Of a stretch of 16,745 nt of DNA, positions 1 through 8,659 are shown piece after piece (within the stretch, counting starts at the first letter, position 1; each line of letters starts with the position of its first letter). This DNA is from an uncultured Thermococci archaeon (GTDB taxonomy: Archaea > Methanobacteriota_B > Thermococci > Thermococcales > Thermococcaceae). The stretch is from positions 1 through 16,745 of the forward strand of contig CAZAPD010000005.1 in assembly GCA_964487115.1 (NCBI GenBank), in the 5' to 3' direction. The notes under the pieces were generated by a model. That model had not been told where the DNA came from. It did not search any database and worked only from the letters and a program-made list of their open reading frames with translations. A program made the translations under genes and the position numbers.

Positions 1-395
1 GAGCCGAAGATCCCCTGGAGGGTTCTTAGAACTAAAACCCCGGTAGGAGAGCTAACGAATGCCATTCCCATATAAAACAGCCCGATGGAGAGGATACCAA
101 AGGCTATGAAACTCTTCCTGTTTCCGGTCGAGTCCGAAAGCCAGCCAAAGGGATACTGGAAGACCGTTGAGGTTAGGTTGAAGGCTACACTTAAAAAACC
201 AACCATAAACATACCTGCACCTAAGAGACGCATATAAACACTTAGATATGGAAAAGCCATCCCAAAGGACACGTTAGCGATAAATATTGCTATGGCAAGG
301 ATCAATATATTCCTCCGCTTAACCTGAAGCTTCTTAAACTTGAGCGTTCTCTCACGCTTTTCTTGTGTGATTACCACTTCCTTCTTCCCAACCAT
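1..395 (-). CDS. MFS transporter, N-terminal part (runs off the window start; not in ORF track)
   Basis: Manual translation from ATG at 395: MVGKKEVVITQEKRERTLKFKKLQVKRRNILILAIAIFIANVSFGMAFPYLSVYMRLLGAGMFMVGFLSVAFNLTSTVFQYPFGWLSDSTGNRKSFIAFG...LRTLQGIFG. It has successive TM helices, MFS motif A (GWLSDSTGNRK) and the motif-B-like RTLQG. BRE/TATA (GAAATTTTATAAG on minus) at about 418-430. Confidence 0.88.
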   Translation of the reverse strand, partial: MVGKKEVVITQEKRERTLKFKKLQVKRRNILILAIAIFIANVSFGMAFPYLSVYMRLLGAGMFMVGFLSVAFNLTSTVFQYPFGWLSDSTGNRKSFIAFGILSIGLFYMGMAFVSSPTGVLVLRTLQGIFG

Positions 396-487
396 CAAAT
401 TAAAAGCAGGTGAAGGTCTTATAAAATTTCTGTCGAAATGCTCAAATTAACATTTATAAGCAGCTGGAAAGGTTGAATAAAAAGAAA

Positions 488-1543
488 TCAAGTTGTTGAA
501 GCTTCTTCATCGTTGTAGAGTTCATCACCAACTGTAATTCTGTCCTCAAAGCCCTTTGAATTCCTGAGAGTCTGTATTCTGAACATGTAACTCTTGTACC
601 AGTTGTAGGAGGGTCTGACTTTGACTGGAAGAAGCCTCCAAGCTCTGGTCTCTTCCTCATATCCCCAATTCACATACTCATTGAAGTTCCTAATGATATC
701 AGTAATTACAACCTTAAATTCGTTAAGGAGAAGCCTCTGGATTTCACGCCACTTATCGAGGGAGCTTTCTCTTCTTGTTATACCAAAGTAGCCTGCACAC
801 CCCGGCCCCTTGAGCGTCGCTATTCCTCTGCCAACGAAGGCACGTATTGCATCAACTGTTTCAGGCGGGTCAGTGATGAATGTATCGAACTTTCCAAGTG
901 CGTAGTCTGGTAGAGGTTCTCTGAGATCAAAGGTGTATATGTCTATACTGGTAAAACCAAGCTCGTTGGAGGTCTTCTCGATGAATCTAATCAAGCGCTC
1001 GTCGATATCAAGGACGGCTATTCTTTTAGGCAGACCACTGAGCATCAAAGCTATGCTCGTTAAGTCATCGTCGCCAAGGACAAAAACCTCCTTGTTCTCA
1101 AGGTCACCTCTGGTGTGCATGAGGGCTATTCTGGCTATAGTTGTTTCCGGCGTTACATATGCCTGATCAAAGTCATGCTTTGGCTGAGGTCTGTCCCTCA
1201 CTATCTCCCTGAACTGCTCGAGTATGTCTGTAAAGGCCTCAAGCTCCACTGTCTTTCCTTCACAGTGTCTGCAGGTGTAGTCTTCCCTTGCACCTATCCC
1301 ATACTTCTCCACCAGCTTTCTGCCGCTTTGTGTGAGAACGACGCTATTGCCATCAAAGACGATGTAGTCCATCTCGTGGAGCGCGGTGATAACCGCAACC
1401 ACAAGCGGAAGCGGTTCTTCGCTGAGGTCTACTATACGCCACACATCATTGCTTGCCTGCACAGCACTTAAGACATTTTCAACGGTTCTCTCATAAACAG
1501 GAATGTTTGTTTTCTCTCTGACTCTTTCAATAATCTCCCTCAT
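488..1543 (-). CDS. bpsA: Branched-chain polyamine synthase (N4-bis(aminopropyl)spermidine synthase)
   Basis: Closely resembles Thermococcus BpsA as I recall it (MREIIERV..., FDQAYVTPETT, LGDDDLTS, FITDPPET, C-terminal EEASTT). Start set at ATG 1543 because GGAGGTG (Shine-Dalgarno) lies just upstream. Minus-strand BRE/TATA GGAAACCTTTAAAAA at about 1595-1609. Confidence 0.95.
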   Translation of the reverse strand: MREIIERVREKTNIPVYERTVENVLSAVQASNDVWRIVDLSEEPLPLVVAVITALHEMDYIVFDGNSVVLTQSGRKLVEKYGIGAREDYTCRHCEGKTVELEAFTDILEQFREIVRDRPQPKHDFDQAYVTPETTIARIALMHTRGDLENKEVFVLGDDDLTSIALMLSGLPKRIAVLDIDERLIRFIEKTSNELGFTSIDIYTFDLREPLPDYALGKFDTFITDPPETVDAIRAFVGRGIATLKGPGCAGYFGITRRESSLDKWREIQRLLLNEFKVVITDIIRNFNEYVNWGYEEETRAWRLLPVKVRPSYNWYKSYMFRIQTLRNSKGFEDRITVGDELYNDEEASTT

Positions 1544-1688
1544 TTCAAGCACCTCCAGAAAGAATTTATCAGTGAAAAGGGTTACCCACGGTCATTTTTA
1601 AAGGTTTCCTAACGCCTTCATTTGAAAAAACATGGATGCATCTGGTTCTCAGGGAGAAATTTAATAAAGCTTCCAGAAGTCAGGAGAG

Positions 1689-2432
1689 ATGATGATAAAG
1701 AAAATAGAAAAGGATTTTGTAAAGACCTATAGAATTCAAGAGAGCTTTGAAGCTCTGGAGAGGGTAAGGGGTGAGATTGGAGAGAGAGCGTATGGGAGAC
1801 TAAGGGATCTCCTTGAGTACAGGCTCTATGGAAAGGAGTTCGACAGGAACCCCCTTAACGAGAAGATAGCCCTTGCCTTTTCAATGGGGAGTGACAGTAC
1901 AGCATCCCTTAAAATTCTAAGATGGGCAGGTTTTGATGTTATTCCTGTTATGGTGAAGCTTCCACAGATAAGAGATGCTGTCCTGCTGCATGCCCAGAGC
2001 TATGGGGCAGTTTTTGTGGAAATTCCCGAATATACGGAGAAGATAAGTGCCAGAATTGAGAAGAAAGCCCCCATATGCGGGATATGTCACTCAATGATAA
2101 TGGATGCTGTTGAGAGGTATGCCCTTGAAGAGGGAATAAAGGTTGTGGCCTCTGGTGATCTTTTAAGCTCGGGATTGATATCTATATACAGAAAGGAGAA
2201 CCTCATAGTCCTGAACCTTCCAGCATTCCTCGCTATGGACAAAAGGGAAGCTATAGAAGTTCTTGGAAAGAAGTATGCCCTCGGTTTTGGATGCTCTCTG
2301 TGGAAGGCCGCCTCCAGAAAAACGCCTGTGCTTAAGCGTTTTGCTATTCAGAGGGTCTTGAGAGAACTTCGCGCCCGGGTTATTGATGAGGAGATTGCCC
2401 AAACTTTAATCTACGACATTCTACAGAAATGA
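1689..2432 (+). CDS. PP-loop (N-type ATP pyrophosphatase) superfamily protein, COG1365-like
   Basis: ALAFSMGSDST is a variant of the SGGxDS PP-loop. It also has CGIC, VVASGD and LPAFLAMDKREA segments typical of the fold. AGGAG SD upstream. Confidence 0.8.
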   Translation: MMIKKIEKDFVKTYRIQESFEALERVRGEIGERAYGRLRDLLEYRLYGKEFDRNPLNEKIALAFSMGSDSTASLKILRWAGFDVIPVMVKLPQIRDAVLLHAQSYGAVFVEIPEYTEKISARIEKKAPICGICHSMIMDAVERYALEEGIKVVASGDLLSSGLISIYRKENLIVLNLPAFLAMDKREAIEVLGKKYALGFGCSLWKAASRKTPVLKRFAIQRVLRELRARVIDEEIAQTLIYDILQK

Positions 2433-2434
2433 CC

Positions 2435-2448
2435 CAAAAGGTTTAAAT
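2435..2448 (+). promoter_or_regulatory. Archaeal BRE/TATA promoter for the DUF59 gene
   Basis: CAAAAGG-TTTAAAT about 35 bp upstream of ATG 2482; GGTGA SD before the start. Confidence 0.6.
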
Positions 2449-2481
2449 GTGGTGTTTTAAATTGGGTTTAGGTGAAGCGAC

Positions 2482-3009
2482 ATGGTGAAAGAAGTGGAAG
2501 TACTTGAAAAACTCAGTGGGATTCTTGATGATGACCTCATTAAGGAAGTTGAAGTCAGAGATGATGGCACGCTCTTTGTTGAGCTGTATAGGGAGATAGA
2601 TGATGGCACCTTAATAAAACTCCATCAGGAGCTTGGAAAGATTGAGGGGATTAAAAACATTGAAATAAAACTCCCAAGGTCAGAAAAGAGCCCTTCCGAG
2701 AAGGTTGAGCTAAATAAGGAAATGATACTTGAAAAGCTTAAAGAGGTTGTAGATCCTGAAATTGGTATCGATGTTGTGAATCTTGGACTGATATACGAGC
2801 TTGAGATAAAGCCAGATAACATTGTCTATGTTAAGATGACTATGACAACTCCGGGATGCCCATTAACGATGTGGATACTCCGTGCAGTGGAAGAAAAGGT
2901 TCTTGAAATTCCGGGAGTTAAGGATGCAGAAATAGAGCTCACGTTCGATCCTCCATGGACACCGGACAGAATAAGCCCTGAATATAAGAAAAAGCTTGGG
3001 CTTTATTAA
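2482..3009 (+). CDS. DUF59 / SufT-PaaD-like Fe-S cluster maturation protein
   Basis: C-terminal domain has the DUF59 signatures VVDPEIGIDVVNLGLIY, TMTTPGCP and FDPPWTPDRIS. Confidence 0.9.
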   Translation: MVKEVEVLEKLSGILDDDLIKEVEVRDDGTLFVELYREIDDGTLIKLHQELGKIEGIKNIEIKLPRSEKSPSEKVELNKEMILEKLKEVVDPEIGIDVVNLGLIYELEIKPDNIVYVKMTMTTPGCPLTMWILRAVEEKVLEIPGVKDAEIELTFDPPWTPDRISPEYKKKLGLY

Positions 3010-3034
3010 TCAACGCTTAGTTTATTTTTGTCAA

Positions 3035-3071
3035 GTATTTAACGAAAAGTTTATAACCTAAGGTTTATAAA
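3035..3071 (+). promoter_or_regulatory. BRE/TATA overlapped by a putative SurR-binding array (GTTn3AACn5GTT)
   Basis: GTAtttAAC-gaaaa-GTTtatAAC-ctaag-GTTtatAAA. The exact extended SurR consensus is at 3049-3065 and overlaps the GAAAAG-TTTATAA promoter. Confidence 0.7.
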
Positions 3072-3088
3072 TTCCACGGGTGGTTTCC

Positions 3089-3295
3089 ATGCCCAAATGG
3101 AAGGTTTGGATTGACAGGGAACTCTGTGTCGGCGATGCTGTTTGTGTTAGCTTTTGTCCGGAGGTTTTTGAGCTTGATGATGAGGGAAAGGCAAAAGTTC
3201 TCGTTGAAGTTATTGACGAAAGCCTCTATGATTGTGTGAAAGATGCCATAGAAGCCTGCACAGCTGCTTGTATTTACATAGAGCAAGTGGGGTGA
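3089..3295 (+). CDS. Ferredoxin (monocluster 4Fe-4S, CxxDxxC type), paralog A
   Basis: MPKWKVWIDRELCVGDAVCVSFCPEVFELDDEGKA...EACTAACIYIE. ATG 3089 is preferred over GTG 3080 because GGGTGG then acts as SD. Confidence 0.92.
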   Translation: MPKWKVWIDRELCVGDAVCVSFCPEVFELDDEGKAKVLVEVIDESLYDCVKDAIEACTAACIYIEQVG

Positions 3296-3309
3296 TTTTT
3301 TCTGTTTTT
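3296..3309 (+). terminator. Oligo-T archaeal terminator after ferredoxin A
   Basis: TTTTTTCTGTTTTT immediately after the stop codon. Confidence 0.55.
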
Positions 3310-3411
3310 CCATTAATTCGTTATTTGACCATTTGTAGATAACTTTGTAGTAAAATGTTCATTAACGTCCCTTATCTGTTTGTTTTACCAGTTCTCCATA
3401 CCCAACTCCAG

Positions 3412-3426
3412 CGAAAGATTTATATT
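3412..3426 (+). promoter_or_regulatory. BRE/TATA promoter of ferredoxin B
   Basis: CGAAAGA-TTTATATT about 33 bp upstream of ATG 3459; GGTGA SD at the expected spacing. Confidence 0.65.
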
Positions 3427-3452
3427 ACTCCCGTTTCAACTATTCTTGGTGA

Positions 3453-3662
<210 letters not shown>

Positions 3663-3710
3663 AGTCTCTTTTTCTCGCTTTCATTTCTCCTTTGTCACTT
3701 TATTAGCCGG

Positions 3711-4883
3711 TTATTCCAAACTCAGTTCAAACCTTTCTGCCTGCCCAAGGACGTACTCCCTTATATCCCTCGCCTTTGGAAGCTCCGCTACTACCTCACC
3801 ATTTTCTATGAGCGGCCTGAGAAGTGCCTCAACTTTTGCCCCGCAGATAGGACAGCGTTCGAGTTTCTTTCCTCCCGGAACACGGTGGTAGTGGCCATTC
3901 TCACAGCGATATACCTGTTTCCTTCCACTCAGTTTTCCGCGTTTTGTAAGAGGTTTCCCTTCGATCTCCACTATATCCAGTGAGAAATCAACGGGTTTGG
4001 CACTGGCTATTGAACTTCCAACTCCAAAAGCGTCAGCAACATCGGCCAACTCTCTTAGACTCTCCTCATCAAGTCCTCCACTCAGGAATATCTTAACATG
4101 AGTGTAGCCTCTCAAATCCAACTCCCAGCGGACTTCCTCAACTATGCGCTTAAAGTTGCCGCGTCTTGAGCTTGGTGTATCCAAACGAACTGCTGTTAAA
4201 CGCTCGCCCAGAGCCTCAGCCGCCATTAGAGCCTCAAATTTCTCATCGCAAAGTGTATCAACCAGAGCTGTCCTTGGGACTTCAGGAGGCATGACCTCAT
4301 CATAGTACTCCCAAGCTTTAACCTGATCCCCGATAGTCAGAATCAATGCATGCGGCATCGTTCCAACCGCTTTCTCTCCCATCATCTCTGCACCAAGAAC
4401 GCCGGAAACACCATCACAGCCACCGATGAATGCTGAGCGGTCTATCATCGGAGCTATCGCTGGGTGCATATGCCTTATTCCAAAGCTGTAAACTGGTTTA
4501 AACTTAGCCGCTATCTTTGTTCTCAGTGCAGCAGTTGCAATTCCGCTCGCTTGGCTGAGCATTCCAAGCAGAGCGGTCTCATAAATTCCAAACTCCTCAT
4601 AAAAACCTTCAATCTGAAGAACTGGTTCGTAGGAATGAAATATTGTTCCCTCGGGCATTGCATAGACGTTCACGGGGAGACCTTCAAGAAGCCTAGCAAC
4701 CTCTTCAACTCCAGCCAGCACCCCCCATCTCCAGCCCTTCGGAAGACTGGTCGTGCTAACATCGGCAAAAACTTTTTTATGGACACCTTTTGCTTCTAAA
4801 ATTTTTTTTGTTCTAATAAAATACACATCAGTTGTTTTTCCGGCTTTTATGTCATCCTCATGGGCTATGTAGAAATCTTTCAT
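3711..4883 (-). CDS. pncB: Nicotinate phosphoribosyltransferase
   Basis: TTDVYF, SFGIRHMHP, GTMPHAL, ALVDT, VRLDTPSSRRG, SGGLDE, FGVGS and TKRGKLSGRKQVYR motifs. C-terminal CENGH...CPICG putative Zn ribbon. ATG 4883 is preceded by GGTGGTG SD. Confidence 0.93.
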   Translation of the reverse strand: MKDFYIAHEDDIKAGKTTDVYFIRTKKILEAKGVHKKVFADVSTTSLPKGWRWGVLAGVEEVARLLEGLPVNVYAMPEGTIFHSYEPVLQIEGFYEEFGIYETALLGMLSQASGIATAALRTKIAAKFKPVYSFGIRHMHPAIAPMIDRSAFIGGCDGVSGVLGAEMMGEKAVGTMPHALILTIGDQVKAWEYYDEVMPPEVPRTALVDTLCDEKFEALMAAEALGERLTAVRLDTPSSRRGNFKRIVEEVRWELDLRGYTHVKIFLSGGLDEESLRELADVADAFGVGSSIASAKPVDFSLDIVEIEGKPLTKRGKLSGRKQVYRCENGHYHRVPGGKKLERCPICGAKVEALLRPLIENGEVVAELPKARDIREYVLGQAERFELSLE

Positions 4884-5008
4884 CGCCACCACCGTAATGA
4901 TTTTTGTTTTCTGGCGATTTAAGACTTTCCTAATATAAAGGAATTCGCAGATAGCTTCTGGATAGTTGATCCCGCAGTACCGTAATGCCTGAGGATAGCA
5001 AACTTGGG

Positions 5009-5043
5009 TAAAGATTTAAATCCATAACAACCGACCAGTCGGT
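5009..5043 (+). promoter_or_regulatory. Promoter (TATA TTTAAAT 5015-5021) plus palindromic operator ACCGAC-CA-GTCGGT (5030-5043)
   Basis: Perfect 6-2-6 inverted repeat between the TATA box and the SD, over the expected transcription start, upstream of an operon encoding a TetR regulator. Confidence 0.7.
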
Positions 5044-5053
5044 AGGTGAAAGT

Positions 5054-5533
5054 ATGAAGATCTGTATAATCTACTCAACGAGGAGGGGTTCCACCAGAAA
5101 GGTGGTCAGGATAATGGCAGAGGCTATCCGGGATTCAGCAGAAGTAAGGGTTAGTCATGTCAAAGAAAATCCTGAAATTAAGAACTGTGATCTTATAATT
5201 GTAGGAGCGCCGATTTACTACGAAAGTCCACTTGCGGAAGTTAGAGAGTTCATTACTCAACACAACGGTCTTGAAGGAAAGAAAGTTGCGGTTTTCATAC
5301 TCTGTATAGCTGATAGATTTGGAAAGTTTGGAAAAAGGTACACTGAAAGGCGTTACATTAACACGATGTGCAAACTTGTAAAGGGAGAGATTATAGCGAG
5401 AAAGGTCTTTGACGGCTGGATTCTAAATGAAAATGAAAAAACTTTAGTGGAAGCAGGCAAATGGGCAAAACGGGTTGTCGAGGCCTTAAAACACGGTGAA
5501 GTTATACAAGGTATAGAACATTCGGGGGGTTAA
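5054..5533 (+). CDS. Flavodoxin-domain protein (HemG/flavodoxin_5-like)
   Basis: IIYSTRRGSTRKV FMN phosphate-binding loop; DLIIVGAPIYY and GKKVAVF strands. Confidence 0.85.
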   Translation: MKICIIYSTRRGSTRKVVRIMAEAIRDSAEVRVSHVKENPEIKNCDLIIVGAPIYYESPLAEVREFITQHNGLEGKKVAVFILCIADRFGKFGKRYTERRYINTMCKLVKGEIIARKVFDGWILNENEKTLVEAGKWAKRVVEALKHGEVIQGIEHSGG

Positions 5534-5534
5534 A

Positions 5535-6089
5535 TTGAAGATGAAGAGAGAGAATACGAGACGTAAGATAATCTCAGCCGCATTTGAACTCTTCAGCGAG
5601 AAATCATATCACGACGTTTCAGTAGAGGAGATAGCGAAGAAGGCTGGTCTCTCAAAAGGTGGTCTGTTCCATTATTTTCCCAGCAAATATGAGCTCGCGA
5701 GAACTGTCCTCTCTGATGTTATGGATAAGTGGCTGAAGCGCTTGGAAAGAAAGACGATAGACCTCCCACCAGAGGAAAAGCTTAGGACACTGATAGATGC
5801 TGTTTTTGAGCTAATAACTGAAAATCCAAAACTCTCACGCTTTTTCCTTGAGCTCTACGAAGAGAGCCTTAAGTTCAACAGAGCCAATGACTGGGACACC
5901 TTCTATAAAAAATACATCAGGTCAGTTTCACGGCTCCTCTGTAAAGCAGGTATTGAGGAGCCCGAGAAAAAAGCTATTCTCTTAGGGGCTCTTGTGGATG
6001 GATTGGCTCTCCATCATCTGCTTTCTGGGGGAAGATTGTTTAATGTAGATGAGATGAAGAGGGAGGTTCTGAAAATTGTGGGGGAATAA
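5535..6089 (+). CDS. TetR/AcrR family transcriptional regulator
   Basis: N-terminal TRRKIISAAFELFSEKSYHDVSVEEIAKKAGLSKGGLFHYFPSKYEL is a canonical TetR HTH. Start is either TTG 5535 or ATG 5541. Confidence 0.93.
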   Translation: MKMKRENTRRKIISAAFELFSEKSYHDVSVEEIAKKAGLSKGGLFHYFPSKYELARTVLSDVMDKWLKRLERKTIDLPPEEKLRTLIDAVFELITENPKLSRFFLELYEESLKFNRANDWDTFYKKYIRSVSRLLCKAGIEEPEKKAILLGALVDGLALHHLLSGGRLFNVDEMKREVLKIVGE

Positions 6090-6092
6090 TGT

Positions 6093-6884
6093 ATGAGGAG
6101 ACTGCTGAATGAGCTGATTTCCCTTAAAGGGAGAAAAGCACTCATTACCGGCGCTGCTTCGGGAATTGGACGTGCAACGGCATTAAGATTTGCTGAAGCT
6201 GGAGCAGACCTTGAGCTTGTTGACATAGATGAGTTCGGGCTAAGGGAAACGAAAGGAGAAGCTGAAGAATTTGAGGTCGAGGTCAACGTTCACCGGATTG
6301 ATTTATCCAGAAAAATTGAAATTGATGCCCTTTGGGAAAATTTAAAGGGCGAGGAGCCGGATATTCTAATCAACAATGCTGGCATTTACTGGTTCAGAGA
6401 CTTCACCGAGGTTGACGAGAGTTTTTACAAAAAGGTTATGGCAGTGAATCTGCACTCCATCTTTTGGATGTGTCAGAACTTTGTGAGGGCAAGAAAGGAT
6501 AAGGGAGGTGTTTTAATCAATGTAAGTTCGATAGAGGCCTTTCTACCATTTGCCAAAGGTTTGGTGCACTACGATGCCGCAAAGCTCGGAGTGGTGGCCT
6601 TAACGAGGGCAATAGCAAGGGAGTATGGAAAGAAGATCCGGGCCAATATAGTGGTTCCCGGAGGTATAGAGACAGAGGGAGTTAAGAAACTCAAGAAAGA
6701 GGCGGTAATGAAGTTCGACATGGAAAAGATCAGCATCTCCTTCAACTTTAATGCACGTCTTCCCATGGGGCGCTTTGGAATGCCGGATGAGGTTGCACGT
6801 GTGATATTATTTCTTGCAAGTGATTTAGCCAGCTATGTGAACGGTGCAGTAATTCCTGCAGATGGAGGATTTCTCTCAACGTGA
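6093..6884 (+). CDS. Classical SDR oxidoreductase (FabG-like), probably NAD(H)-dependent
   Basis: TGAASGIG, NNAG, catalytic S (VSS) and YDAAK, PGGIET, PMGRFG, DGG. An acidic residue ends beta-2 (LVDID). Confidence 0.92.
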   Translation: MRRLLNELISLKGRKALITGAASGIGRATALRFAEAGADLELVDIDEFGLRETKGEAEEFEVEVNVHRIDLSRKIEIDALWENLKGEEPDILINNAGIYWFRDFTEVDESFYKKVMAVNLHSIFWMCQNFVRARKDKGGVLINVSSIEAFLPFAKGLVHYDAAKLGVVALTRAIAREYGKKIRANIVVPGGIETEGVKKLKKEAVMKFDMEKISISFNFNARLPMGRFGMPDEVARVILFLASDLASYVNGAVIPADGGFLST

Positions 6885-7035
6885 TATTTATTTCCATTTA
6901 TCAGTATAAAACCTGGTATTTATATCTCCATTTTTGTCCTTAATTTGTTAAAGCTTTTTCTGCAGAATCTTAGACAAATGTACCAGTAGATTATTAACAC
7001 TTCCTTCCGGAGGCTTTTTTACAGGTGAAGGTGGC

Positions 7036-7725
7036 ATGAGGGAGTTGGGGGAGATTATCAACGGAGGGATTCTGCTGATATCATATGGACAGTACAGTCT
7101 CGGATGGAAGCTCGGTATTGAATACCTCAAGAGCGAAATTGAAAATGGGGCTTTTGGAGTTATATTAAACACCACTGTCCCCGTGAGAAAACTTTGCGAG
7201 AGAGCAAAAACCGTGGGATTTGACATGTTGAATGTCAAGGATAATCTCGCTGTGGTTAATATGTTTAAGGAGCCCATAAAAACTCCAGATTTCGTTTATA
7301 CTCTCGATACACTCGACGAGAATGTAATTATACCAAAAATGGGGGATTTGATGGAGCAGCTGGCTGAAAAACACAACCTCAAGGAACGTAAAGTTATCGG
7401 GATTATAGCAACTCTTGATGGCATATATGAGCTCTTTGGACAGAGATTTCTCAAAAAGCTGATTATGGGATACCTGATAAGAGCGGAGAAGTTAATATAT
7501 GAAGGCTATAGCTACTGGGCTATTTTTCTTGTTAATAGAGATGCCATACCTAAAGAGCTCCACTCATGGATAGTCAGCGTGAGCGACTATGTTATATTGA
7601 CAGAGGGCATCATTAAAGAAAACGAGCTGGTGGAGAACACGATACTTCTAAAGAGTCTGGCTCCAGACTTCTCCCAGAGAATGTTTCAAACAAGAATTCC
7701 TGCAGAGAAATTGAAAGTTAAATGA
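7036..7725 (+). CDS. Hypothetical protein, probable degenerate RecA/KaiC-fold (DUF257-like)
   Basis: The pattern GILLISYGQYSLGW...GVILNTTVP...GFD...LAVVN...IATLDG...SDYVI follows KaiC-like strand order, but there is no Walker A GKT/S. Good SD (GGTGAAGGTG). Confidence 0.5.
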   Translation: MRELGEIINGGILLISYGQYSLGWKLGIEYLKSEIENGAFGVILNTTVPVRKLCERAKTVGFDMLNVKDNLAVVNMFKEPIKTPDFVYTLDTLDENVIIPKMGDLMEQLAEKHNLKERKVIGIIATLDGIYELFGQRFLKKLIMGYLIRAEKLIYEGYSYWAIFLVNRDAIPKELHSWIVSVSDYVILTEGIIKENELVENTILLKSLAPDFSQRMFQTRIPAEKLKVK

Positions 7726-8629
7726 ATCTGCAGGAAAACGGCAGCTCCACCTCCACACCTTCCTCTATTTTATGGAGCTCCTTTCTGTAAGCCTCAAGAG
7801 GTCTATCCTCATTTTTAAGAAAACCTGCAAATGTTAGGGGCCTTTTCTCAAGCTCTGCAAAAAATTGGGGGTATCTCTTGTCTCTTATTAGATGGTGGTC
7901 AAGAATCAGCTCGGCGTTTGTCTCCTTAATGATCATGTTAAGGTTATCTAAGCCAGTTTCCCACGCGTTCTTAACCCGATAACCCTCAAGATATGTAGGT
8001 GGTCCATCTCCTATTATCAAATCAGGCACCTGCTTGATTATCCATTCGGCAGAGGTTCTATTCAGGAACTGGGTATCGCTCGCGTGGATTATCCTTTTCT
8101 CACCATCGTCAATCATCACCATGATGACAAATCCAAGCTTTGTACCTTCGTTCCCATGTGGAACTGCAGGTGAAAATTCCATTATAAAATCACCAAAGTC
8201 AAAGAATCTGCCATCTGCATATTCAATCTTCCCGGCTACTGGCTGAGCACTTTTAAGGAAGACCCATGAACGCTTCTTCTGACTGAAGTTTATGTTCTCT
8301 TTTGGATGCTTTATCAAGAGTAGCTTTCCACTGTAAATCTCCTCGGCATATTTCTTGGAAGAGCTCTCATACAGTCCCTCAAAGAAGGGGGTGTGATGGT
8401 CATAATGATAATGGGAGATTGTTATTATGTTTGCTTTCTCAGCATAGGCCTGAATCTTCTGCCTTGCCCTATTCAGCGCTTCAAGCTCTACTTTAGCAGG
8501 TGGGAGACCATAGCGCTTAGGCCCGAGAGCCGCACCGGGATCAATCAAAATTCCCTGCTTTCCAATCTGCACGAAAACCGCCAGACTTCTAACTCCAAGA
8601 CTTTCGGATGCGATGGGAATTATTCTCAT
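7718..8629 (-). CDS. UPF0282 metallo-beta-lactamase-fold hydrolase
   Basis: MRIIPIASESLGVRS N-terminus, LIDPG, SHYHYDH, VPHG, HASD and LDHH metal motifs. Confidence 0.88.
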   Translation of the reverse strand: MRIIPIASESLGVRSLAVFVQIGKQGILIDPGAALGPKRYGLPPAKVELEALNRARQKIQAYAEKANIITISHYHYDHHTPFFEGLYESSSKKYAEEIYSGKLLLIKHPKENINFSQKKRSWVFLKSAQPVAGKIEYADGRFFDFGDFIMEFSPAVPHGNEGTKLGFVIMVMIDDGEKRIIHASDTQFLNRTSAEWIIKQVPDLIIGDGPPTYLEGYRVKNAWETGLDNLNMIIKETNAELILDHHLIRDKRYPQFFAELEKRPLTFAGFLKNEDRPLEAYRKELHKIEEGVEVELPFSCRFI

Positions 8630-8659
8630 GGTTTTCAGTATGTGTTTAACCTTAAAATT

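Noticed and set aside
4940..5008. Possible sRNA or small ORF between pncB and the flavodoxin gene (three GATAG words)
   Set aside because: No C box, no convincing stem, and only a ~31-codon minus-strand ORF without support.
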